Assembly (NCBI GenBank): GCA_022813865.1
Contig: JALDZX010000038.1
Span: forward strand, 186,001 to 216,947
DNA from: Xylographa opegraphella
Lineage: Eukaryota
Reading direction: 5' to 3'
DNA length: 30,947 bases
Shown here: piece by piece, positions 13,630 through 24,410 of the stretch
How the letters are laid out: each line of letters begins with the position of its first letter
How positions within the stretch are numbered: position 1 is the stretch's first letter
Notes under the pieces: generated by a model
Databases searched by the model: none
Told to the model about the DNA's origin: nothing
Seen by the model: the letters and a program-made list of their open reading frames with translations, nothing else
Program-made: the position numbers and the translations under genes

Positions 13630-16600
13630 CTATCCATTCAGGTCCTCGCCCATTACTGACCCCCCTTTCCTTTCGCCCAGCAACGCTCTCAATCTTCCGT
13701 CCCTCCTCCCCATCAACTCCGGATACATCCCGTTCTCCACCACTTTCCCTGCCTCCAGCATCACCACACTCCCGCACGCACGCATCATCTCCCAACTGTG
13801 CGTCACAACCACCACCGTGCATCCCTCGCGCACCAGCTCCTCTACAAGCTGCCTGATCCCCTCCGCGGCTTCCGCGTCGAGGGCTCTGGTCGGCTCATCC
13901 ATCAGCAGTAGCTGCGGCTTGCGCACCAATGCCCGGGCGATCCCTAACCGCTGAACTTGCCCGCCCGAAAGCCCGATGCCGCCGTCGCCAACGGCAGTAG
14001 CGTATCCCCGGGGAAGCGAGGCGACGAATGTATGAATACCGGCACGAGTAGCGGCCTTCTGGACGGATGCGGGGGACGCGAGGGGTGAGGATGCGGCGAG
14101 GCCGTACGTAATGTTATCGGCGATGGAGGTGGGGAAGAGGATTGGAGCCTGGGGTACCATCGCGCACATGGCGCGCCATGAGGGAAGGTGCAGGGTGGAG
14201 ATGTCGATGTTGCCGGTTGTGAGGGTCCCCGGGGCCGAGAGGTACAGGCGTAAGAGCAGGGCGGCAAGGGTGGATTTGCCGGAGCCAGAGGGGCCGACGA
14301 TAGCGGTGGAGCGTCTGAGCTGTACGGTCAGTGTGACGGATGATAGGACGGGAGTGAGGGGACGAAGGGGATACGTGAAGGAGAGTGCGCGGAAGGAGAT
14401 GGGGCCGGGGAGTTGAGTGAGGTGTAATGAGCCAGTATGTTCATGTGATGTGACCGGGAGAGAGGCCAAGCGTAATAGACGGGTGGCGGTCGAACGGGAG
14501 GAGTTGATCTGAGGGACTGCGAAGCGAAGAAATGGTCAGCAAGCAACGTCGGCAGGGAACGTATGAGAAGGCTTACTGAAAGCTACAATGGCGTTGATGT
14601 TTGCGATACTGAAAAGGAGCATGCTGAAGACCGTGAGAATGTTTTGGGCGGCAAACTCTTGCGAGGCGGTAAGGAGGGAGCCGTAGTAGAAAATGAGGGC
14701 TGGACAACATTAGCTCGCTTCAGGGCGGGCAAAACGGACAGAAAAGCCTACCGGTAACGAAAATGGTACTTGCGTCGGAGATTCCGAAGAATAGCCCCGA
14801 ATATACAGCCCTACGTAATCCTGTCTTCATTGCCTGCGCCGTCGTTGTACTATACTTCCGGTGGAAATAGCTTTCCAGCGTTAGCGCCCTGACCGTCTTG
14901 ATATTCACGAAAGTCTCGTGGAAGATCCCGCCTGCAGCTTCACTCGCATCGTTGCACTTGCTCTCCCACTTGCCGCTCACAGCTTCGAACCCCCTGGTGA
15001 TACCATAAAGTAGCGGGGCAGTGGCAAGGCCGACGAGAGTGAGCTTCCAGCAGATCACAAGGCTCCAGACACACGAGATGGACATCATGGTGGCGGCGAC
15101 AAAAGCAAAGCCAGCAAATCGGCCAACAAGATTACGCATTTCTTCGGCGTTGCGGTCGAGACACTCTGTTAGTGTAGACAGATTGTTCTTATCGAGCTCG
15201 AACCAAGAGCGTGGCTGGTCCAAGATGCGCTTCATGGCTTCGACTCGGAGGCTATCCACCCAGGCTTGGCCGCATACTTCGAGAAGGTAGTGCATAAGGT
15301 ACGAGGCAGTGGCGTCGCTGACGGCCACGCCGAGGACAGACATTGACCATACGAGTGCTTGTTGTGAGCGCCCAGTAGTGAGAAAGAATGTTCCGAGCAG
15401 TTTGGAAAACACCCAAGAGAAAACCGGTGTTGCACCAGCATGCGCGAGGGCTGCCACGAAGCCGCAGATGAGTATCAGACGGTGTTTTCTTGTTAGCCGA
15501 GGCCATACGCTGCTCAATATTGTTTTTAACGAAGATAATTCGTCGTCTTTCTGCGCCGGTTTGTAGAAAGCTATGTCGCGCCGTAGCAGGCGTCTAAGCG
15601 GTGAAAGCTTCTTTATTGGTGATCGACTTCTAGCCGAGAGATACGATGCTCTCCGTGCACTAGCTCTCCTTGATGACTTCCCTTCAAAATCGTCGTTCCA
15701 TGGAACATCAACGGAATCAAACCCTATCGGCAAAGAATTCGGAGGATGAGTGACCAGTTCTGTCTGCTGTTTGAAGTTTCCAAAGGATGACATGGACATG
15801 CGAGCGTTTACGGTTGACATACGATTCATGTGCATAGCCATAGGCGGTAACGACGATGCAAATCCTTGCGACTGCCTCCGCAAGCGCGCATTCTCAGTCG
15901 AGGGGAAGTAGGCTCTGGGAATGATCGTCTTTTGAGGGAGCTGAATGTTCATAGAGTCATTGGTATCGGCAGATGACGTTGGAGATCCTTGCAAGGTGCT
16001 CAAATGCACTGAATGTCTCTGATGTGATTGAGGAAGATTCCTCAAGGTCGGAGTGGGAAGCCCTACGTCCGGATGTAAAAAACCAGCAAAAGCACCATCC
16101 AAGAGCTTCTCGAGAGCATGTCGATAGCCTTCCTGGACAATGCATCCTTTATCTAAGACATAGGCGTAGTCTTCGTCTTGAATCTGAGAAATATCGTGGG
16201 TAATAATTATAGTCGTCTTACCTTTTCGCCATTCTCGAACGGCTTCCATGACTTCTGTTCTGCTGATGTGATCCAAGGCACTGGTTGCTTCGTCCAAAAT
16301 CAAGATCGGAGTGTCACGTAGACGGGCCCTAGCAATAGCGACTCTCTGCTTTTGTCCACCGCTCATGGCGCTACCACCAATGCCCACAAGGGTATCGAGA
16401 CCGTTGGGCCAGTCTTTGTAGGTATCTTTAAGCGAGGCAGCTTCCATGCACCTTTTCACATCTTCTCTCCTGACAGTGTCATGGTCTCTGCGACCAAGGG
16501 CAACGTTTGTAAAAATGGTTTCGTTGAATAAAACACTACTTTGCTGTACGAGTGTGATATTGTTTCTTAACCAGTTGGTGTCTAAAATCTGAATTGGCTC

Positions 16601-18006
16601 GCCGTCGATTGTGATCTCTCCCGATGCAGGCGGGTAGAATTGTAGCAGGAGGTTCCCAAGTGTGCTTTTCCCTGATCCGCTTTTGCCGATTACGAAAGTT
16701 GTCTCGCCTGCGGGAAAGAAGAAGCTCGAATTTCTCAGCACTAGCTGCTCAGGTCGCGATGGATATGCGAATGATACCTCAAGGCTGTTAGTCGTAGCCA
16801 TTTCTGGAGGATGTAGCCTGCTTACCCTCTTGACCTGTATGTCACCATCACAATATCTCGGAGTCTTTCGGCCCACCATCTGTTTGATTTTGCGTCCCTT
16901 GTCAACCTTGATGAGAACTGCCTTAAGAGTTGCTGCTGCAACTCTTCCTTTTTCAAGAACAATCATTTGAGGAAGCAATTGTTCCATGGTTTGAGTTGCC
17001 ATCAGGCATGCCCAAAAAGCAGTCAGAACCTTTCCAGGTGTTCTGCTTCCCACGTCGACAAGATGGTTCCCATACCAGAACCCCTGGACAAACATACCCA
17101 ATAGTGTAACCCGTACCAGACCGATCTGGAATGCGTTTGCTCGTGCCTGTACAAGATAAAAAACGGCTGCCTTTTTGGTTGCTTCAAGATACTGCCAAAG
17201 CTCGTGATCTTGACCATTGAAGCTCTTCACTGTATCAATTCCAGTGATAGCATTGTTGGCGAGCTTTGAGGCTTGTGTGAGATGCATGATCTGCAGGTCG
17301 GTTGCGGACTGTATTCGAGCAGATACCCACGCAAGGGCGACAGCTGTGACGGGTACCAACGCGATTGTGACAATTGTTAGATTCCATGCAGTATAGAATG
17401 CCAGCCCCAGCGCGGCGAACAGTGTTGCCGTGTATTGTATTGCGAAGCCGAGTGGTTGAGAGGTTGCGATTTGGAGTTCTCGGATTTGTCTGTTTGTTAA
17501 TATCAGAATGTCTTTTTCGATAGCCAGAGCAAATCTTACGTTTGTAGTCGCGGAATCATAGCATTAACCCCAGATTTGCGCATATCGTACCATGCCATTT
17601 CCTTCTGAAGCATGCCATCGAACAACATCTCACGGATATGTCTTGCCTGTAGTTCTCCGAAAAGCAACCATAACATGAAAAAGCTTCCGTTAAGTATCCA
17701 GCTCACCGACCCAAGTCCGAGAAGATACAGTCCGTTCAAAGATGTCTGCTTAGTGAGATCAGACCCACTGATAGTGCCAGCTCCATAGTCGGCGAAGGTA
17801 TCGAATATCTTTCCTAGAAATATCGCTAATGCAGGTATCACAATACCAGACGCAACCGAGAGACAAGCTGCGATGGTCAATGGGATAATATGAGTCTTCG
17901 ATGTGAAATTGAATAATGATATCCATTTTGCATGTTGTAGATGTTCTTCATCTGTAGTATCACCCTCGGCTTGATTCACAGATTCTTCGTCCTCGTCCTC
18001 GTCCAT
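13630..18006 (-). CDS. STE6: Full-length ABCB transporter, a-factor (lipopeptide pheromone) exporter type
   Basis: TMD-NBD-TMD-NBD layout. Walker A GKSGSGKST and GPSGSGKST, signatures MSGGQKQR and LSGGQVQR, Walker B ILILDEATSALD. Introns 17539-17490, 16825-16778, 14751-14700 and 14576-14517. Family-typical strings FFPAGETTFVIGKSGSGKSTLGNLL and LDRNAEEMRNLVGRF plus a long disordered linker point to STE6/HST6. Confidence 0.85.
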
Positions 18007-18809
18007 TTGATGTAGATGATCGAAATGCTAATTATGATATGATCTGTCGATGAATAATCCTCTGCGAAACCAGTGTGGGAAAAGTGATCGCACCGTTCTC
18101 ATGAAAGCAATAGGACTAAGATCAGGTATCCACGACTTGAGAACAATGCGTAGTGCCGCACAACTTCCATCATGTAACAATAGTAGAGATGATTACGGTA
18201 TGATGTAGAATTACGAAGAAACAATGCCGTTGTACTTCTCGGGAATGACATTGTGAGCTGCGGATCCTTAGTATTGTTCTTCACCACCCCTTCATCCCTC
18301 GCCAAGAATATCACCAAAATTAACGCATAGGCTTACAGTTGACATAATGATACACGAAAGATAAGATGGAAGTAGTTATATGAAGGAGTTGAAAGGTGCA
18401 ATGATATCAGTCGTCGGGATCAAACTGAGAAGACCTCGGTCCTCCCGGAGTGAATCTCACACTTTCTGGCAACGGCGTAAGCCTGGCATATCACGAGACC
18501 GATGTCGCGATGGGGTTTGCATGGTGAATTTGGACAATGCATACTCTTAATCGATGACATAGTAAAGGTATCCGCTGAAGTCCAGGATGATAGTCAAGGT
18601 TATCAGTTGTGGATCCCGAGAATTCGCATTCCTGACCCGCAGTCATGACCTCGTATATCAAGGCAGTACTTCTAAGGCCGAGATATTGCTATCTTGTCGA
18701 CTTTTATAGCTTTCTTGACTTGTGAAAATGGTATGTTGCCGCCCAAATTCAGTCTTAGACCATAGCTTCGTTATATCCAGATCAGCCAGAGAATAGCGCT
18801 TTGATACGC

Positions 18810-19517
18810 TCAATTTGCCTCGTTGGGATGCTCACGCTCATATACCCAGTCGTTTAGCCCAAGTCGATTCCTAGGGTATCTTAAGAGCTGAACTTTAACA
18901 ATATCTTATTATGGGTTGTCATACCTTGCGATTTCAATGGCATAAAATTGCATCCGTACAGCTAGCTTAGGTCAGTCCTAATTTTCATGAACTCTAACAA
19001 GATTGTACCGACCAAATATTGTCTCCTTCTCCCCATATTCAAACTTCGGATTGGCTCTGAGCATGGTTCCAAAATTATAGTCATCCACCTTCTTCTCGTA
19101 CGCCATCATGAAGTTGCGCCATCGCTCCTTCCCTTCCTTGCTCTTCATCGCGTCCTCATTGATAGTCTCGGTGGGATCGAATTCTGGGAACTCTTTCTTG
19201 AAGTGCTCGTAGATATCGTCGTCCATTTTAGTGAGTCTTAATTTCGAGCCCCTTGCTTTTTCTAATATAGCCCAATACGTAGACATGTGTTGTACGCCTT
19301 GAAAACATAGGATCAGCATGCTACTCATCAATCTGGATCACTGGCTGTGGCTTGGGGCGAGGTGCACCCATTCGGCCTCTTACATTTGACAGCAAATTGT
19401 TTTTCCATCTAGTACGATGTTAGTGATATCGAACATGCATAAGTAGGTACTTCTAACATCTTCAAAGTTCTCCGCCTGCTCTGGATTCAGGCTTACGCCT
19501 GCCGGACCGAGAGACAT
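18810..19517 (-). CDS. PBDC1/YPL225W (polysaccharide biosynthesis domain, DUF757) family protein
   Basis: Five exons including a 25-nt exon (19408-19384): MSLGPAGVSLNPEQAENFED-MEKQFAVKCVQHMSTYWAILEK...LRLTKMDDDIY...MKSKEGKERWRNF...DDYNFGTMLR...IFAVRMQFYAIEIARNRLGLNDWVYEREHPNEAN*. The motifs match the family. Confidence 0.9.
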
Positions 19518-20006
19518 AATTGCAACGTAAGCTGGACCAATTGATTGAAAGAGATTCTAATCGCGAGTGAGAGCAGTGAAATTCTTGCGTCACCCGATGT
19601 TCTACTCGAAGTTTCCCTGGGATACTGTGTCAAGTTATGAACAGGTTTGGAGCAGGTGAAGGTAAGGTACTCTGTTCTAGTTTACGGTCAAGCCCGGCTG
19701 TAACAAACCCTAATCTACGGAGTACCTTAATCCAGATATAGGTAATTACCTTACCTTAGACACATAGGTTACCCATTATTCACGATACACCATCACAATG
19801 TAGGGGGTGAGCAATGTACATGAACTTAATTGACAACTCACTGGCCTGATCAGGACACAGCATTGTATTGTAGCATGGAAGGTTCGCTTTCAATACCATA
19901 CTCTCAGACAATCGTGAAAGCCAAGAAGAAAAGGATTAATTAGTTCAGATCATCAGGCATTACGCTAAAGGTCAAATTATTGAGGATTCTAACTAGTAGC
20001 TTTCCT

Positions 20007-22160
20007 TCAGCCATTCTCCTCAACGTTAGGTTCTTGATCTGAATCATCGTCACCCGTTATTTCACCGTCAATGTCCGCATCTTCGATAACCTCAGAATCC
20101 TCTTCTATATCCTCATTCAGTATCGAAATTCCTCCATTCTCATCCTCGAAGCCCTCAAAATCATCTCCTCCTGACAGAGCGCCAGGCTGTTCCGTGCCTA
20201 CTTCCGATTGTCCTGCTGTCGACAAGTCGTCCTCACGCTTTCGCTTCTTGCCCATCTCGCCGAGCCGGCCTTCCCGACCTTCAATACCCTTCACATTGCT
20301 TTCTGTGACAGGTGGCGGGGTGAACCATGGTATCTTGCCACGTAAGAAGTCGTTAAGGACCATCTTTGCCACGCCATCGACGTCGGCCTCGCCACCTCTC
20401 AGGAGTCGGCCTCCCTTCCTGGCAAGCAGCTCCAGAAATTCGGTGGGCGTGTTATAGCCTCGTATATCATAAGTCCGCTCAATGTGCTGCGGTTTGGTTT
20501 TTTTCAGAACAGCAGCAATGTACTGTTCCGGGTGTTCCACGTTCTCGACTCTGACTACTCCTCGCAGGAGAATGTCTTGCTCCGAGTCGTTGTTACTTGG
20601 AGGCACAACTCCTGGACAATCAATCAAGTAGATGCGCTTCATTAGAGTGATGTATTGCCAGACCTTGGTCTCTCCGGGTATGGGAGCCACAGTGCACACT
20701 TTCTTTTTGCGCAGGGTATTGATTATCGACGATTTTCCAGTATTGGGATAGCCAATGAAGCCCACAGATATCTGCTTTCTATCCGAGTGTAATGAGGAAA
20801 ATTGGCGTAACAGCTGTATGAGAGATCCTTTACCAAAAGAGTTCGTTATGGACGCGTGGAAAGCTAAAGTTGGGTAGTCTTTAGAGAGAGCTCGTACCCA
20901 TGAAGCCTATAATGATGATCAGCATCCTCTACAGTTGATTACAGGAGAGATCGATTCAAGACGTGTTGTATGAAACGCTACTAAGAACATATCCACCTAT
21001 CCACTACCAGCGCAGTAGAGAAAGTGTTCAACTCAAGCATAACATACCAGACCCCTATACGACGGGCTTTCCATGACGGAAACCAGCCTACTCATTGACC
21101 CAAAGGCCAAAGAGCGGCGGAGAATGGATCAATCTACCAAAGTTGTAACAGACAACCTCCACTGAAAAGGCGCATTCAAAATGCTGGAAGTGGTCTTGAC
21201 TTAACGATGGAATGTGAAGATTGCAATATAGAAATAGATAATATAGATGTGTTCACTTACTGCAACCCCCGTGGGGACAAGATCGCACTTGTTCAGAACG
21301 AATATCAAATGCTTATGGGGTGCCTCCTCTCGTATGTACTTCTCGACGCTGCGGCATCTCGTCCCAAGAGGATCGCGTGCGTCAAGGACGTGTATCACAA
21401 CGTCTGAGGAGTCAATGACCTTGTATAGCTCGTTCCATATTCTTTTACTCTGGCCTTTGGAGAAAATGGGCTCTTTCGCACTATTTATAACCTCCTCGTC
21501 TGCCACAGCCTCACCTACTGGCTCTTCCTGACCCGAGTTACCACTAAGAAGCTTCGCCTGGTCAAGTCGATCCAAATATGTATCGTGCATTTTTACGGTT
21601 TCACCTGCCATATCTTCCAGAGACCCCACTCCAAGTTTGACTCGCTTTCTTTGCGCCTTCGGACCAAAAGTATCACCAAATGGAGCTGATTCGACGGCTA
21701 TTTTGGCTTGGTGTTGCTTGAGGCCATTTTTTCCTTGCGCATCTCGGATTAGGCTCATAGGCAGCTTGTTCGTCTTCAACAGAACTTGGTACGGGTCCTT
21801 GGCCCTCTCTGCCATGGCGTCTCGGAAAGACTGAAGAGCATCCTGCGATATTACGCGAGTGTTGCCGAACCACTTGCGGTTTGGTTCTACACGAGCCTTG
21901 GGCAGTTCACGGGATTGAAATGCACCAGCTTTTGTGACCTTTCCCTGGGCATTGCGCTGGGCATCACCCCCTGTGAACATATTCAGAGTCTTCGCCTTCT
22001 TCGCAGACCTGTATATACTCATTCAGATTGTGAACATATCTACACAAGAGTCCTCGATATACCTGTAGAAATTCTCTCCTTTGGTTTTGACATTGTTCAT
22101 CCCATCACCCACCTTCCCTTGCCGCTCCTTTCGGGCGGCCTCCTTCTTGGCCGTACCCAT
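20007..22160 (-). CDS. NOG2: Nucleolar GTP-binding protein 2 (60S biogenesis, circularly permuted GTPase)
   Basis: [12 protein letters not shown]...KGENFYR. Introns 22062-22009 and 21260-20907. Motifs [49 protein letters not shown] and IDCPG. Confidence 0.97.
20964..21212 (-). ncRNA. SNR191: Intronic box H/ACA snoRNA, snR191/U19 (SNORA74) type, guiding two pseudouridines in LSU rRNA helix 69
   Basis: Lies in the 354-nt NOG2 intron 2. 5' hairpin pocket AGUCA-[AGAC..GUCU]-GUUAC is complementary to rRNA GUAAC-U-A-UGACU and is followed 14 nt later by an H-like AGAUUG. 3' hairpin pocket GAGU-[GAACA..UGUUC]-UAGU is complementary to ACUA-U-G-ACUC, with ACA 14 nt downstream (20969-20967). S. cerevisiae snR191 is also encoded in the NOG2 intron. 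Ends are approximate. Confidence 0.9.
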
Positions 22161-22390
22161 ACTAGATTTCTTGGTACTTCATGGACAACCTAGTGGTGAT
22201 AGTAGTGGCAATGCTCTTAAACAACGAGGTGGACAATTTATGACAGTGGAACTCAAGAATTGTGGTACTAGCGCGCCAAGATTTCCTGCATAATAGGGCT
22301 GAAGATGGTTCCGAAATTTACATCAGTACCTTGAGGTACAGCCTCGAAAGGGGTATATTTTACCATTCCTATTCCTCTTGTCCGACCATT

Positions 22391-23287
22391 ATGGCTAACA
22401 CCATGTCTTGTTCGCGGCATGTCGTCGGAAGCTTTCAACGCAGTCATACCCTCATACGCCATGCATCGACCGCTTCAGCGACAGTGAAAATACCCCCAGA
22501 ATCCCCGAAGTTCATCGACATCCCTCGAGCCCCTCAAGAATACGCCTACAAAAAGCCACACTACAAAGGCGTCTTGCCAACACCACGTCAAATATTTCGT
22601 CCTGGAAAGACCGACAAGTGGACGTCAGAGTACATCGCCGCGGTAACACCTGAACCGTCTATAGTTAAGACCCATACCTCTCCAAAAGACAAAGCTCTCG
22701 CAGAATGGAGGTCACGGCAAGCGGCAAATCGGCGGCAGAATCTCCGGGACGGATTGAGGCAACTACATCAACGGAAAGTGAGGAGTGATCGACGCATGAC
22801 TGCCCGCAGCGAGTATAAACAAGCAGAGCATGAGAGGAGGATACACGAGCCGGAACGGGAAGATGAACGTCTGACCAATCCATCCATCATTCAAGCCCTC
22901 AAACACAAATCATCAAACCGTCTACAAGACCCAGACCGTGAAGCACGTGTCGCCAAAATGAAGGCAAGATTCGAGGCAAAAGAGGCTGCAAAAGTCGAAG
23001 AGCGACGCAACGCCTTGCATTCATTGTACATGAACGCGAGAGACTTTATTGTTACCGAGGACGCGCTCAATGCAAAAGTGGATGAGGTCTTCGATCACGA
23101 ATGGTTCCGGAACTACCCTGACCACAGCATCTGGGATAAGGAAGGCTTTCCTGATACTGTCCAGAGCATGCTCTCAGAGTCGACCTCCAGCAAAAGAGGC
23201 AATGCACAATCTACATCTGGTTATATCGAACTTACGAAGCGACGGGTACAGAGGATTGCGGAGGAATTGACGGGAGGAAAGATGTGA
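22391..23287 (+). CDS. Probable mitochondrial small-subunit ribosomal protein mS26 (Pet123-like)
   Basis: First ATG at 22391 (the ORF-track start is upstream and non-ATG). Arg/Ser-rich presequence-like N-terminus with no acidic residues, long basic helices, and LHSLYMNARDFIVTEDALNAKVDEVF resembling the mS26 'FIT.E.L...(I/V)' motif. Assignment is from recall. Confidence 0.65.
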   Translation: MANTMSCSRHVVGSFQRSHTLIRHASTASATVKIPPESPKFIDIPRAPQEYAYKKPHYKGVLPTPRQIFRPGKTDKWTSEYIAAVTPEPSIVKTHTSPKDKALAEWRSRQAANRRQNLRDGLRQLHQRKVRSDRRMTARSEYKQAEHERRIHEPEREDERLTNPSIIQALKHKSSNRLQDPDREARVAKMKARFEAKEAAKVEERRNALHSLYMNARDFIVTEDALNAKVDEVFDHEWFRNYPDHSIWDKEGFPDTVQSMLSESTSSKRGNAQSTSGYIELTKRRVQRIAEELTGGKM

Positions 23288-24080
23288 TGACTGGTATCCA
23301 CAAACGCCAGCAATTCTGCAATCTTAGCTTTACTGGGCCCGAGGCCGTTAGCAACTTGGCCCAGCATTAGGACCGTTGGAATCAGAAGATTAAGCGCCCA
23401 ATTGCTCCATGTGAGGCTCGAACAGAATCCTACTTTAAACTACAGCGGTGTATGAAAAGAGCCCAAGCACGACGGAACTCTGTTGAGCATGGAGCACTTT
23501 TGACGGAGCATGATCGGCGATGAGACGTCATGTAGGGAGCTAGAGTTGCACCATATCCATTTAAGCTGAATAAAATTGCTTGGGTGGCCCCCACGATGCG
23601 GAATACACCGGTTGAAGTGCAACCTCAGGTCACCCACGTTCGTGATTTAAGTTCTGTGTTGCAAGGTGTCCACGGTGTGAAATGCCTCTCTTGCACGTCG
23701 TGTATAAGCGTCTCGCATCTATATATCAAGATCTGGAAATGTGAATAAGTTTTCCAGAGCCATGCTGGAATCACAACCGGGAAAATCTATGCTTATCGCA
23801 TATTCAGACATCAAGTCACTTGACAATTGCAGCATAATTCGTCGTATTCGGACTCAATTTGCTTGATATTTCCATTCAATACACTATAATGAGTGGTAGC
23901 TAGGGTGGTATCCAAACCATTCCCAATCCCAAGCTTATGCCTTCCAAAAACGCCAGCCACAAGACGCTCCGAATTCCGATGGACCAACTCCGCCTAATGC
24001 TTACTACTTGCAATCTCATGCTCTGGCTGCCTGTGCTGCATACTCATTCTGATGACATCATAGACGACCGGTATCTCATG

Positions 24081-24410
24081 CTACTCCGTCTTCTCTCGCG
24101 GAGCAATGGCATCCGGGCTGCGGACCATCGCCTTGACGGGGCTGTTGAGCTTGTCAATAGCGACCCGCTTGCCGAAGACTGTGCGCCGCACGGGGGCATC
24201 CTTGGGCTCTGGGACAGGATCGGCGGTGGCTTCGCGCTCAGTGAGCTGTTCAGTGGCAGGAGTCTGCAGGACAGTTAGTTATGGAGAAGTTGCCACTCCG
24301 ACTGGAAAACGACATACGACAGCAGCGTGCCTGACGGCTGGCAGCGCCATAGTGAGGATTAGGAATTGGACGAGGAGAAAGAGCACGCGGGAGAGGAGCG
24401 GTAGATGCAT
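24081..24410 (-). CDS. Small secreted protein or propeptide precursor, 91 aa
   Basis: Exon 1 24410-24318, intron 24317-24264 (GTATGT..ACTAAC..CTGCAG), exon 2 24263-24081. Translation: MHLPLLSRVLFLLVQFLILTMALPAVRHAAVTPATEQLTEREATADPVPEPKDAPVRRTVFGKRVAIDKLNSPVKAMVRSPDAIAPREKTE*. Hydrophobic signal peptide ends in TMA|LP. Confidence 0.8.

Noticed and set aside
18007..18809. a-type pheromone (CAAX) precursor next to STE6
   Set aside because: No short ORF ending in a CAAX motif was spotted (nearest candidate ends TSIM*). The manual scan was not exhaustive.
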